This document shows, in pieces, positions 11,548 to 23,489 of a stretch of 64,000 nt of DNA; position 1 is the first letter of the stretch; every line of letters starts with the position of its first letter. A model generated the notes under the pieces. The model saw only the letters and a program-made list of their open reading frames with translations. It did not search any database and was not told where the DNA came from. Position numbers and translations under genes: made by a program. Source of the stretch: Babesia bigemina (lineage: Eukaryota); assembly GCF_000981445.1 (NCBI RefSeq), contig NC_027220.1:1-64000 (forward strand), read 5' to 3'.

Positions 11548-11999
11548 TGCCGTAAACCTATACGAAGATAGCCAACAACTACAATGGATTTACTAATGCA
11601 TGAACGGTATTAACAACACAGTATACATCACACAATGTTGTACGCCGCAACATATGTGCACTTAAATAGAGAAGGATTACGAACATGCCGGATAATGTGT
11701 ATAGAATGCTTCCTTCCACTAAATCCTGAGAGTTCAACGTACCTACAAATGCTATTACAAGACTGACGTATTCAAAATAGCGATATTTATTAAAATATAA
11801 TACTCAGTGACGTGGGAATGCGCTTTTTCAACGAATGTGTCCGTGCCGCTCCGCACGCGTGCTACTGTTGGTGTAGCACATATACCTGGTATATTACACA
11901 GTTGTATCCGGATGCCTGTTGTTAGTAGTTATTAGCATATGTTTAATGTAGTCGTGATTTATTGTAGTCTGTTACATCCGGTTTACGCGTGTAAGACTC

Positions 12000-12210
12000 T
12001 TGTCTACACACGGCAGTTGCACGGGCCAAATTGTCTCGAAGTTTGAGCACTGCGTAGTCTACATTAAGTGGATACAGGGTTCCCGTAGTAATTCAATATT
12101 AGAAGAAGCCGATATTGCGGACTTTAAACCGAAGTACATGCCAGCTAATCTGGACCAAAGCACATTAAGGTGTCGTTGTATCGATGAAATTGGGATTCCG
12201 TGCTCTGGTG
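12000..12210 (+). pseudogene. Possible decayed C-terminal fragment of a 6-Cys-like secreted-protein gene
   Basis: ORF piece ...IQGSRSNSIL...STLRCRCIDEIG. The 'L.CxC.D..G' strand resembles the end of s48/45 (6-Cys)-type domains. The track start is non-ATG and no signal peptide is visible. Confidence 0.25.
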
Positions 12211-13624
12211 TGTACCGTAGACATATTGGATACGTTGTGTGCTTGGGGATCGATGAAAGAAGTTGCAGTGAGTGTTGGTGCATGTTTGTATCCGATTGTT
12301 TTGGGATACCAATATTGTGCAAACATACGGTTGGGAAGCTCATCCAAGCCATCATTTTCTCGACTATGAGTATATTTTGTTACGTCATTAAAACATTCAA
12401 GCAGCCTTAGCTTCTATGTAACTATCAGACAGCAGCTGATGCGTTGCGAACAGTTACACGTGCTGCTATGGTACTGTATGCTAACGAAACGAGAGCTCCT
12501 CATTGCCTGGGCGAAATTAGAAGCACGTGGCACATTTTAGGCACTTTAATTTCATTTTGAACTTATATTTCGTTCCATACTCCCTCGGATGAGCGTGGAC
12601 TTACACTTAACTTAACCTCCCACAAGGGCTGCACCTTCCTTCCGTGATGCGCTTCATCGCATCATACCACAACGTGATTTTACGTCGCGACAAACTCTTC
12701 ACATGGATACGATATGATTGACCTCACGATACTGATACGTGACGGGTAACACGCTAGAAGAGCTGACAATATCGACAAGCGTCAAATGTTCGCGCGCTTA
12801 ACCGATGACTATGCCGCGTTATAAGAACCTTGAGAACTTCTTGCCAATGTTTATCTCACTGCGAACCATGAAACATTGAAATAGCTCCTGTCCACATCTC
12901 TTGTAGACAATAGTGGGCTATAGATTAAGCTGGCAGTGGATGATTTCCACTTAGTGTTCGGGCAGTGAAGATGTTTGTTCTACAAATATCTTAAAGTTGT
13001 AACCTTAACACAATCCACGTTGTTTGTGGTCCAGAGTAGCATATGTGCTGTGCTTTGTAGATGCAGGTTACCATAGGTGCAAATGTTGTTATCAAAAAGC
13101 GTATTTACAGAACCTGCCTTGTGCAGAAACTGCCATAGTATGCCGCATTGGCTCGTATGCGGTTGAAGGTATAAAAAATTAATGTGCTCCGACATTTATT
13201 TCGTGTGTTATGCTAGAAGTACAGTAACATGACTCCACATCACCAAGTTTGACAGAAAGCGCACCAATATAAGACGGAAACAGTGCATATGCAATGACTG
13301 GCTTATGGATATCCAAATCCCACTAAACAGCCACGTAAACCACATATTTACAGCCACGAGATTAAACCTCTTGCAATTATCTCACATATACCCATCTTAC
13401 GCAAGGCTGAATAATAAGCACCACGTTCCACCATTGTAAAACTAATATTAAAAATTAGCAGATCGCGTTTCGCGAACCTACGTTAACGTTTAAAATGAGT
13501 GGTGCGATGAAGTGGCTACGTTCAAATCGTGAAAAGCGAAGCCATTTAAAAATGCTCAAGAACTGAATTACGAGCAAATCTTCCCCGCGCACCATGTGCA
13601 GCGTGTAATAGGTTGCATTACCCG

Positions 13625-15190
13625 TTATGTTTGAATATACGGTGCGAGTTTTGCTTTGATATTCTGAACGGCCAGTTTTCTGAAATTCTTGAATCCCAGG
13701 ACAGCGCCCTCCTTAAGCCAGTAGAAGAATGCTTCGCGCTCTCCCATGCCTTCCGTTGGCCACGGCTCACCATATTCGAACTCTTCCCTTGATTCTCTGA
13801 AATGCTCAATGTAGGCTTCCGATATGTACTTGACAATGTTGAGGACCAGCAGATTAAGCGCCAGGTTCATGCTAGATATTGTTGAAGCGTGGTCGGATTT
13901 TTTAGAAGTTTCGGCTGATTCTGAACTTGAGCCAGCCTGAGAAATGCCAGATGAACCTGCAGAATCAGATGCTCCGGAATTCGTGTTTTCACAATCAGAT
14001 TGTGAGGCATTAGACGCTTTAGCATCAGCTACTTTAGCGTTTCCATCGATGGCTGCACATGCAGCTCCAATGAAGAAACGCCCCGAGAAGTAGTATATCA
14101 CCGTGAGAAACCCTACGAGCACGGGTTTCATGCGCACGCCTCTTGCGATAAGTGATTTAGGATAATGCATGATGCGTATATACATTATTCCAATACCAAA
14201 AAATGGGATGGCAAGAAGCCATATGAAATGGTAATATGCGAGAGGCCCTACCCACTTTTTGCCCAAGTTGCAATGCTTGTCTAGAATCCAAACTAAGATC
14301 CCGGAGACAGCGTGTATGACCAGGCAAGCAGTTTGTATTGGATGCTGGTGCTCGAATTCCACCATTTCAAACGGCGATATAAGAGGATATATGACGTATA
14401 TAAACCCGTAGCCTATAGAGCTCATCAAAGTCATGGCGAACGTCGCCCAGTAAGCCTGCAAAAAAGTTTGATCCTCTTTGATGTTCTCTGAGCCTTTAGA
14501 AGCAGCTTGAGACTTACCCTTCTTCTTGATTTTGTCTAGCAACCCTCCTTTAAAGGTGTACCATGTCCAAACTACTGCAGTACCTAGAGAAAGCGACAAT
14601 ATCGCCACTAGTTGGTAAAATATAAGCCAATAGTTTACATCCATATTTCGTTTCTTCAGCGTTATAAGGGCGCACCAGTGGAAAAGACCGACTACAATGC
14701 CGGTGAACGATGCACCTAGATCGTATGACGAAACGTCATCGGAAGCAACTGTAAACATGAACATATCGTCAATACCTGCAACACAGTTGGCAGCAATTAG
14801 CATCCAGAAGTATAAAGCAATAGTTTCATTACTCTTTCCTAGAGCGAATGCCTTGAGCAGGAATACGTTGACAATAACAATAACCCATGCAGAGCAAACA
14901 CACCCATATGCCGCATATTCGTCAGCGTGCAGTTTCCATATACTCCTAAGCGCTGTAAGTATTCCAAATGTGCTCAGAGCCGAAAAGAGATAGAAGATTT
15001 CCATTGCCGTGTGGCACGTTCCGACAAACGTTGAAACGGCATCGGGACTGTATCCAAATCTCTGCATGGCAAACGAGGAACCTAACAGGCAGACCTGAAG
15101 CGGCTGCATGAGACTATGTCCCTTCAAAAAAGCTGCAACACTTGGAAGCAGTGATTTGTTTTTTTGCTCCTCACACTTTGCTGTCCCCAT
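13625..15190 (-). CDS. Tpr-like (Theileria parva repeat; ENT-related) multipass membrane protein
   Basis: 521 aa with about 10-11 hydrophobic segments. The N-terminal 'AAFLKGHSLMQPLQVCLLGSSFAMQRF', the middle 'IYPLISPFEMV' and 'MHYPKSLIAR', and the C-terminal 'WPTEGMGEREAFFYWLKEG' match the Tpr membrane-domain pattern. Confidence 0.75.
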   Translation of the reverse strand: MGTAKCEEQKNKSLLPSVAAFLKGHSLMQPLQVCLLGSSFAMQRFGYSPDAVSTFVGTCHTAMEIFYLFSALSTFGILTALRSIWKLHADEYAAYGCVCSAWVIVIVNVFLLKAFALGKSNETIALYFWMLIAANCVAGIDDMFMFTVASDDVSSYDLGASFTGIVVGLFHWCALITLKKRNMDVNYWLIFYQLVAILSLSLGTAVVWTWYTFKGGLLDKIKKKGKSQAASKGSENIKEDQTFLQAYWATFAMTLMSSIGYGFIYVIYPLISPFEMVEFEHQHPIQTACLVIHAVSGILVWILDKHCNLGKKWVGPLAYYHFIWLLAIPFFGIGIMYIRIMHYPKSLIARGVRMKPVLVGFLTVIYYFSGRFFIGAACAAIDGNAKVADAKASNASQSDCENTNSGASDSAGSSGISQAGSSSESAETSKKSDHASTISSMNLALNLLVLNIVKYISEAYIEHFRESREEFEYGEPWPTEGMGEREAFFYWLKEGAVLGFKNFRKLAVQNIKAKLAPYIQT

Positions 15191-16382
15191 GTTTTATCCC
15201 TCGGTAATTGCACTTAGAACTGCACTTAGTTCCAATGTTCTGCACATACGGAGATAACAGTCATATGTAGGCTGCGATAACTATACTCCCATTCCAAACT
15301 TCGCTGCCTTTTGCAGCTGTAGTTGCTACGCACCTATGCCAACAATGTGACGTGGCGCACGTTAAACCATATCTGGCACACGAATGTAGACAATATCCGC
15401 CACATGAGACTTCCAGATATACTTAAGTTGCTGTAAACATGCTCGCTATGAGATACTGCACTGAAGTCAGCAGCCCCTATGCCCGGAATGGCCTTATTGC
15501 CCTACTAAGCCCCTAAATTGCGATACGTATACATATATATACTACTTTAAATAACAATAAAAAACTTAAATTCTAGATTTCCCCTTGTTTTAGCTTCATT
15601 CGCGCACCCTCAACACCCACGTCAACGCGCCCGACGTTGCCTCCATGACTCCTCGAGTTTACCGTCTTTGCAGTTGCCAATGCCATTAAATTTACAGAGG
15701 CGTATAAATGTACGTGCGTCATGTGCGGGGAAAACTATTAGTGTCAGTGTCAGTACCGCTGAAATGCCTAAATAATCCAAACTTGCGGAGATAATCGCCG
15801 AAGTTCTGAACTTCCTTTGATGTGTTCTACACGATGACCAACTATACGTTTGTTATTGTCATGAGAAGCCATACACGATGCGTCAAGGTATTTTAACTGC
15901 CCTATTGCCTAAGACGTGTACGATGTAGCTACACACCTCAGGGCGGTACACTTAGAGTGCATAATGTGAGACATGTGTAATGTCTACAGTTCCATCATAT
16001 ACTGTTCGCTATGTTACACAATTAGACAGGTTTGCGGGCGTTTTATGGAGCCACTCAGCGCATACCTCTGCGAGTGACCTACAACGAGTTAGCTCACACG
16101 GTATATACAGTGCCATACAGAGTCACGCCGACGTGTGTCATGCTCTTCGCACGTGTCATAACGGCTAAATCTCTGTAGAATGTTTCGAACAATATCTACG
16201 AGGCTTTCATCGTGTTTCCCGCCTCGTTAGACGTTATCATTCCCCATGGCCGGCAAATTCTACATGCCGCTGCTCTTACCAGATATTGCAACATCGACGC
16301 GTTGATACTGTTGCTTTATGTGGCTGCCACATTGCCTGGTAAACTAATGTTTCCCCCGATTCTCGCCTGCACCTACCATTAT

Positions 16383-18629
16383 TCACAACTCTGGTTCCAC
16401 TATTTGTGAGGTGGCACCTTTCACTATCAAGTCTTTAAACTTGCCTGCAGTGAACTCATACTTCTTCAGTATATCGGCGAAATCGCGACTTGCTTGCAGG
16501 TTTCTTACTAGGAATGCGAGCAGTACCACGTCGATTTCTACCCATCTGCTGTTTGTTCCGTCATTTAGGTAGTAGACGTAATACGTGTCCCCATATCGGT
16601 CGAAGACTTTAAGTGTGACAATCACGACGTCTCTGATCTTGATATTATACACGCTGTCGCACATGTAATCCTTCCCTTCGTGCTTCCACAACACCTGATC
16701 CCCGTACTTCACGGTGTGTATATAGTTGCCTAGGAGCGGCCTCATGGTGTTGTCCTGGTTGGGTAACAGCGGCCACGCAGTGATTTTGTTGATTCCACTC
16801 TGTCGTGATTTGGCCGCGTCTATAACCAGTGGCGTTTTGTAGGCGGTGACGAATGCCCCTTCCTCCACAAGATCCCACTTGTCATTTGTCATAATAAACG
16901 TCCGCTCATGACGTTTGTCGTGACCACTTACTGTGATGATTGTGAGCACTCTTTCATCTCCGTGTTGCCATATTTTGATGTCCGTCACCATTTCGAAGGC
17001 AGCCTTGTTGAAGACCCAGAGATCCTGCTTTTTGTATATAACCCGTGAGAATGAGTATGTGTATTTTGGCGATATATCTACGGTCGAGTCGTGCGGTCCG
17101 ATGTTGATGTATGGCGCCAACCACTTCCCTTCGAATTTGTTGTTGTAGAATATTTTGTTTGACGTGTCCAATTCTTCGATGTCTATATCCCTACTCAGAA
17201 CTATGGCCTTTCTGCTGTTATAATGCCCTACTTTGCTAGTCTCACTCCACACTCCCTTCCGCCTTAAGAAGTACCTGCGGTGAACCAGCCCGTTGAGTCG
17301 TGTTGCAAAGACGGTAAGCACGCCCACGTTGGCGACGAACTCTTTGACAACTTTATGCGGGTATTCATCCTTGGCGATGTACACCTTCCGTTCGCCGTCG
17401 ACGAGATATGTCATAAAGGTGCCTCTCCTCGGCGTGACAACGTTCCGCTTGGCATCGCCAAGGTCTTGCTGAATTGTTGAGATAGAGATACCAGGTTGAT
17501 CCTGTGGACTTCCCATATCCCACGAAACCGCACCGCCTGCACGTTGCAATACTAAGCTGTTGTCAGCTTGCAGTTGCTCACACGTCCATGTCTTCAACGT
17601 GGCTTGCTCGTGACTGAGCGCGTTCTCCACGTCGCCATCTTCAATAATCTTAATGAGCGGCGTCCCCATTCGCGATGCGTCTGAATCTTCATCGTCATCA
17701 ACTTCTGAGCCGTCGTCGTCCAACTTCACTTTTTTTGCAGCTTCATCGGCTGTTACAGTGACGTCGAACTGCAGCCTTACGTTCGGCACACGTATCGGCT
17801 TAACGGTAGACAATACTTTGTACAGTTCGCGGTATTTTTGCATCTTCATGGTTCGGTTTCCTTGTCCGTACATGTAAGCCACCCTATACCTTTCGTTGGT
17901 TTCTATGAAGTGCAGTATGACGAGCGTGACGCCGCTGGCGGTAATCTTATCGACCCTGATACACAATGTTCGAGCCTCCGGACTGTACTCCCACAATGTC
18001 CTCCTTCCACACTTGACAGCCTTGATCACATGCCCTACCAGCGGCACAACTTGAGCCCCGATAGGTTTAATGGGGTTTCCGATGCTTGTGACTTTAAAGC
18101 TTCCGAGGAGCTTGATTGCTGAGGGGAGCATGTCTATTTCGTCCTGTACTTGGCGGCTAAACATTTCCGCGACGTACTTCCCCCTGTCGATTTGCGTCCA
18201 GGATGCGCCTGTTTTCTCGTAGTAGACTAATTCCAATGGAGTTTCACCCAGGTCTACTTGCAGCTGCATAAGACGGCAATCACCGAATTCATCAATAGTA
18301 ACTTGTTCTGCATGCTTATATGCGCACTCCCATATCGTTTGCTCCCCATCAATTACCCGCGTTGCCGAGAAGCTCGGCTTTGTTTTATAAACATAGCGCG
18401 TATGCGTTTTTGTCTCTGCAACGACCTGGCGAGTAAAAAACTCGCCCGCACCATTCCCCATGGCCAAATCTATTAGAACATTGAATCCCGTATAGTCATG
18501 TGACAACAAAGTTTCCCTTTCAAATAGAAATCCCAGATTAGGAGGTGGCCCGCCTGTTTCTGTCTGGCCCTTTCCCGTTTCCAGGAGGCACAACGCCACA
18601 AGCGCTATGCACCAACCACTCAGCGCCAT
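16383..18629 (-). CDS. Secreted FAINT (DUF529) repeat protein
   Basis: Signal peptide MALSGWCIALVALCLLETGKG. Several FAINT-type units recur: 'KPSFSATRVIDGEQTIWE...YYEKTGASWTQID', 'GHVIKAVKCGRRTLWE', 'YSFSRVIYKKQDLW' and 'GNYIHTVKYGDQVLWK...YYLNDG...WVEID'. Confidence 0.8.
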   Translation of the reverse strand: MALSGWCIALVALCLLETGKGQTETGGPPPNLGFLFERETLLSHDYTGFNVLIDLAMGNGAGEFFTRQVVAETKTHTRYVYKTKPSFSATRVIDGEQTIWECAYKHAEQVTIDEFGDCRLMQLQVDLGETPLELVYYEKTGASWTQIDRGKYVAEMFSRQVQDEIDMLPSAIKLLGSFKVTSIGNPIKPIGAQVVPLVGHVIKAVKCGRRTLWEYSPEARTLCIRVDKITASGVTLVILHFIETNERYRVAYMYGQGNRTMKMQKYRELYKVLSTVKPIRVPNVRLQFDVTVTADEAAKKVKLDDDGSEVDDDEDSDASRMGTPLIKIIEDGDVENALSHEQATLKTWTCEQLQADNSLVLQRAGGAVSWDMGSPQDQPGISISTIQQDLGDAKRNVVTPRRGTFMTYLVDGERKVYIAKDEYPHKVVKEFVANVGVLTVFATRLNGLVHRRYFLRRKGVWSETSKVGHYNSRKAIVLSRDIDIEELDTSNKIFYNNKFEGKWLAPYINIGPHDSTVDISPKYTYSFSRVIYKKQDLWVFNKAAFEMVTDIKIWQHGDERVLTIITVSGHDKRHERTFIMTNDKWDLVEEGAFVTAYKTPLVIDAAKSRQSGINKITAWPLLPNQDNTMRPLLGNYIHTVKYGDQVLWKHEGKDYMCDSVYNIKIRDVVIVTLKVFDRYGDTYYVYYLNDGTNSRWVEIDVVLLAFLVRNLQASRDFADILKKYEFTAGKFKDLIVKGATSQIVEPEL

Positions 18630-20195
18630 CTATTCAAGCCGATTGCGTTGCCCCAAACTTTTTACCGTTATTCTTTGAACATGCCAGAACATAAATTTGT
18701 CGATGATTCGTCCTCTTGGCTGTAAACAACTACTTTTCGCGATTAACCCCCGTTGCACTTATTGTATAACGTTCAAAATGACTCGTAACATGTATCCCTC
18801 CGTGATAGACATGAATGCGATATGTTAAAACCCCTGATCAACTGGCGTGTCTAAACAACCGTCTTGCCCACCGGTTTACACGCGATATAGCCACAACGAG
18901 CATTGCTCGTATCTTGTGTATGACAGTGAATATCCCAAAGAGCCTTTTGTGCGGATGTGTAGGCCCTTATACAGTATTTGCTTCAGCGTGTGTAGCGCTA
19001 ACGTTTGCGATGCGTGAGGGTTAATCAACCCACAAGTTGATCCACGCAACTATCTATTTGTCATACAATGACGTAAAACTGATATAAGTACATGTGTGGC
19101 GGCAATAGGCTTATGCAGTTCAGTCCTAGACGGCGCACGTCACCTTGATAAGCCGGAGTGGGAGATTCAATGTTCCGTCTAACTATAGCACCGTTATAAT
19201 AACGCACATGGGCCATGTATCTACGTTGTACCATTGTCTATCATCTAAATCGCGTCATTGCTATAAAGCCGCTTAGCGTTGTGGTTGTTGTCGCATCGCC
19301 ATGGGCAACATACAACGGCCGTACGCTGCAAAATACTACTGAATATGCTTGAACCCGGTATAAATGATATGCATGGCGCTGCAATCAACTGATATGTGAT
19401 TGCAAATGTTAGGTGCAGCGCGTAAGACCTGCATCATCACAAGTAGACATGTTTTCATGCAATTCTCGATTTAAACACACATAACAAACACATGCATTCC
19501 AAGTGAAACTAGAAGTAGCTTATACGTATGCAATTTGTGGTAGATAATACATCTATTCATACGTATCTGTCGGTGGTGACGCAGCGCGCTATCGTTGCAC
19601 TGCTCAGGATGTCAAATTGACACGGCGACACCGACTTTTGATAACTACACCAACAATCTAGTGGATGTCATGAATGCATCTATGTTGACACCTTTTCTAT
19701 ACGCTTTTCTCATCACGTTATGTTGACCGTTGCATTAACGTGTTGTTCACTCGGCAACACACTTTATGCATCATCTGCGTATCGCTCAGGTTTTGTTAAC
19801 ATACACGGATGAATGCAGCCATAAAGTCTCAATTGTCTGTGACTCACTGTTGGCCCAAGTGTGTGGAATAGGCGTGATGTCTATTTGCATTTGCGCATTC
19901 GTTCAACGCAATTCCACACATCTCAGTAAATATAAGCACACGCGTGATTACGCATTACACCAACAATATCAAATGCAGAATTAGAGGCGGCGTCAGGTCG
20001 AAAGTTGCTGCTACCCACCTGGAGCGTCGTGGTCGGGCATAGCGATCCAAGATCTAGCAAGTTCAGGTGGCACTTTGTTTGTCAGTTATGTGTAACCGCA
20101 TTATGCAATAGTGTGAGGTCTATTTATAACATTGTCTGACTTTCAACGTAGTCACATTTAATCGTATGTAACGACATTTTTATGGTCTGCTGTTG

Positions 20196-21564
20196 ATGTG
20201 TAGCGCGATGCCTGAAAACGTTGACCAGTATCGTTCCTCTGCGCTCATCCCAGGTGTAGAACTGTGGCCATCTGAATGGAGCGCGTTAAATCGCACCCTT
20301 TTAGGGTTACCAAAGGATTTCCCGGTGCTTCGGCACCTGCGTATGCGTCCTCTGGAGCCGCGCCATCGCGAAGGTGTGCATATGCTTCACGCTAGGATGT
20401 TCCCAATTCGCTATGATCCCCGTTTCTATGACGCGGCGTGCCGCGTGAATCCTACAGCTCCGTTGCCAAATGAAGTTAGTTTGTGCTGTTCCATTGACAT
20501 AATTTTTGTAGGCATGGGGGGCATCTGATATGTTTGGCATTGGAATGTTTTTGCCAATGTCCGTCGTCAGAGCGAACTCTGACGTATCGCAGGTGACTTG
20601 TTGCGAAGGCTCTGATTCCAGTTCGTCTTCCGGGTGTTCTTCGCGTAGGGCTTCTGTCGGTAGCTCTGATAGCTCCGTGGATGACGAACCCCCGACGAAT
20701 GAAGGGGACAAAAACGAAGATGCCGAGCCAGCATCGGCCGGCTCTGATACTGGCTCATTGAAGGCGTCAGGTTGTGACTGCATCCTGAACGATGCGACGT
20801 ACGATCGCGAGAACGATGAGTTTTTGGTCGGGTTTTTAACGATTTGGATAAACCGCAACGCGTTCAGCCCAATGGTGTCAGACAACGACTACTTTCTGTT
20901 GGAGAATTTCTACCAGGACATGATATATCCCTTTATGATGACGTGCAACAGGATTGTTGATGGCACCCCCACATGGCCTAACTTCAAAATGCTATCTGCA
21001 GACTCGTACCGTTTTTTGTTTTCGACCCTCTATTGCAACAGCGAGTTGCTTGACTTCTTATCGGGTTTCAACTTAAAGGAATGCAAGACCGTCTACGTGC
21101 TAAGTGCTGGCGTTACGATGGGCCTCCGGTCTCGCATGCTGGGGAGCCATTTGATATTGTTCACGCAGTGCATGATGTACTATTGCTGCTACAACGTGTT
21201 TTTGTACAACGGCCAAATGTTCCACTGCAACGTGGAATCACGTAAACCCGTATTGAGCGCGTTGGATCTGTTTTTGTCTCGGGGTGACGCCGGCGACTCG
21301 CTGGAGTTGGACGATGTGCTGGAGTCTGAGGTCGCCCCGTACAGGCTGTCCCCTTCTTCCATACTGAAAAAGTTCCACTACTGTGACGCCATGCCGATTA
21401 CTATTTATCTCCATGTGATAGACTACAACGCCCGCGCGTGCTCTATGTATCGCCGCACCAACTTCATCTGCGTTGTCCGCATAGACGACTTCTATGCGAT
21501 AAACGGATCACACTACTCGGCCAACTTATTTGCGTACTACCTGTGCCCGCCATGCGAGCCTTGA
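20196..21564 (+). CDS. Hypothetical protein (2 exons; S/D/E-rich linker)
   Basis: ORFs 20193-20528 and 20530-21564 join in frame through a 37-nt GT-AG intron at 20475-20511 (gttagt...tttgtag), giving ...PLPNE|AWGASDMFGIG... Confidence 0.65.
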
Positions 21565-21584
21565 ATTGAAGTCATTTAAATATG

Positions 21585-23203
21585 TTAATCGGCAGTGTTA
21601 CATACGATTTTGAACCCGGAGTGCTCCAGATGCCTCTGCTGCATTTTGTGGTAGTGGTGGACGTAGAACCGCTGCCACGAGTTCATGTTCTTCCAAGCCA
21701 CCTGGTCTTGCACGACCACTTTACGAACTGGGTCGCACTCCCTTAGGACGTATGGCCCGTATATATGCGCAACCAAGTTGAGGTCCGTGTGCTTCTGCTG
21801 CGTGTTTGCGTTGGGACGCTCTGGTGTGTCGGTGATTTTTACGTAGTCCCAGTCATCTGCATTAACCAGCGTCGGCATAAGGTATCGAATTTGCTCTAGG
21901 TATGCCCGATTGTCGGCGTCGATTGAATGGTAAACCTGTACCACGTAGATTTCACTGCTGCTGTTACCCACCTGCTGGTAATCGACTCGCAGAGTCATTT
22001 CTAGCAGTTTCAAGGGGTACAACTGGTTATTCACCACCTGCAATATCTTCCAGTTTTCCTGCGGGCATTTTGAATCACAACAATTACAGCTACCCTGGCA
22101 GCCGGGTTCTTCAGTCCATACACCGGCAGCGTGGAAATGGAGCGCATTGCCTTGAGAGCACAGTTCTGCTCAGCGTTCACTAGACGGCTCAAAACACCTA
22201 CTGCAGTGTCCGTGGATAAGTCACCGAACATAGCAAGGGCTATAATCGGCGTGAGCACCTTTATCGTGTCCTTAGTTCCCCACAGCCTGCACTTTTGGCT
22301 CACGAAACTACCCGTCCTACCTCCTCCTGATGGCACTGTTGAGTCTTCGCAGTATTTTGTCGTCCTCCATTCCGTTGTATGCGATTAGACACGTCAGGTT
22401 TGCGATGTCCTGTAGCAATGTGTTAGTTCGTGGCATGTGGCTCTTACCATGGCTCCTAGGTTTGCGATTCTGTCCACGATGCGACCAATGATATGCTTAA
22501 CCATGCTCGGGTCGAATGGCATATCGTCTGGTTCGGCGAAGCTGTATATAGGCTCCACAGGACACATGGCCGAGTCGGCGTTGATATGCGTGACGGAGTG
22601 CAATATGCGAAATAGGTCAATCGCGTACAGTGTGTCCAGCCGTTGCATGACTGCAAACAATAATGCGCACAAACCAAAATCCTTACCTTCGTTTTCCAGT
22701 AGCCTAACGAATGACCTCGTGATATACGTGTTCTGCAGCAGTCTGCCCTTGGAGCATGCGAAAATAATCCGCGTGATTTCGTAGTTATTGAGCCCATTTA
22801 TGTTTTGCGCAATAGTTCTGACCAGTTGCGCAACCACGTCTGCGGCTTTATCAACCTGCTGTGGCTGCAGATAGGCAAAATTCTGCAACGCCTTTACGTA
22901 GACGCTCGCATTCCATTTCGGCAGTGCCTGTTTGCGGAAGATTTGGTGAATGTACTGGGTCTCGTCGTGGTCCGATGCATTGCTTTGCGCGGGTGGTGAA
23001 CGATTGGCTTGCTTCCTAATCTCATCACGTGCTGCGCGTGGCTGATGCGGGCTGCCGGTGTCCTTTTTTGTTTCGAATATTGAACATTGCTGCCACGGCA
23101 TCTTCCACACGAAGCTGGCTTGATGTCCCGCTGAGGTCGCATATTGCGCCTTCGCAAGCTGGCCGAATGCTTTGGCAATGAGGTTTTGTGCAGGTCGAAT
23201 CAT
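21585..23203 (-). CDS. RAP-domain protein (RNA-binding domain Abundant in aPicomplexans), probably mitochondrial; multi-exon
   Basis: Presequence-like N-terminus (MIRPAQNLIAKAFGQLAKAQYATS), helical-repeat middle exons, and a C-terminal 'YGPYVLRECDPVRKVVVQ...KMQQRHLEHSGFKIV' that fits the RAP pattern (K.RhL...Gf.vv). Confidence 0.65.
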
Positions 23204-23489
23204 CTTTGTGTCAATGCTGGACCAAGCTCTAAGGGCCTGCTCGCCGCGGCTAATTCAAACCTTCCTGACGCAATTGCATGGTTTATGACCTCTAGAATGA
23301 ACGTGCCATGTTTTGATGTCACTTCTCACAACTACGTCTGTAGTTTTTGGTACGTTTGGCAACGGGAGCAGCAGTCACGCTTCGTTCGGCAACCGCCGGC
23401 AAAAATGCGCCAAATGACGCTGGAAAGACCCCCAGAGCTCATTTATCAATTATATATGCTGATGTGTACTATATATGCGCCCAGTTCCG

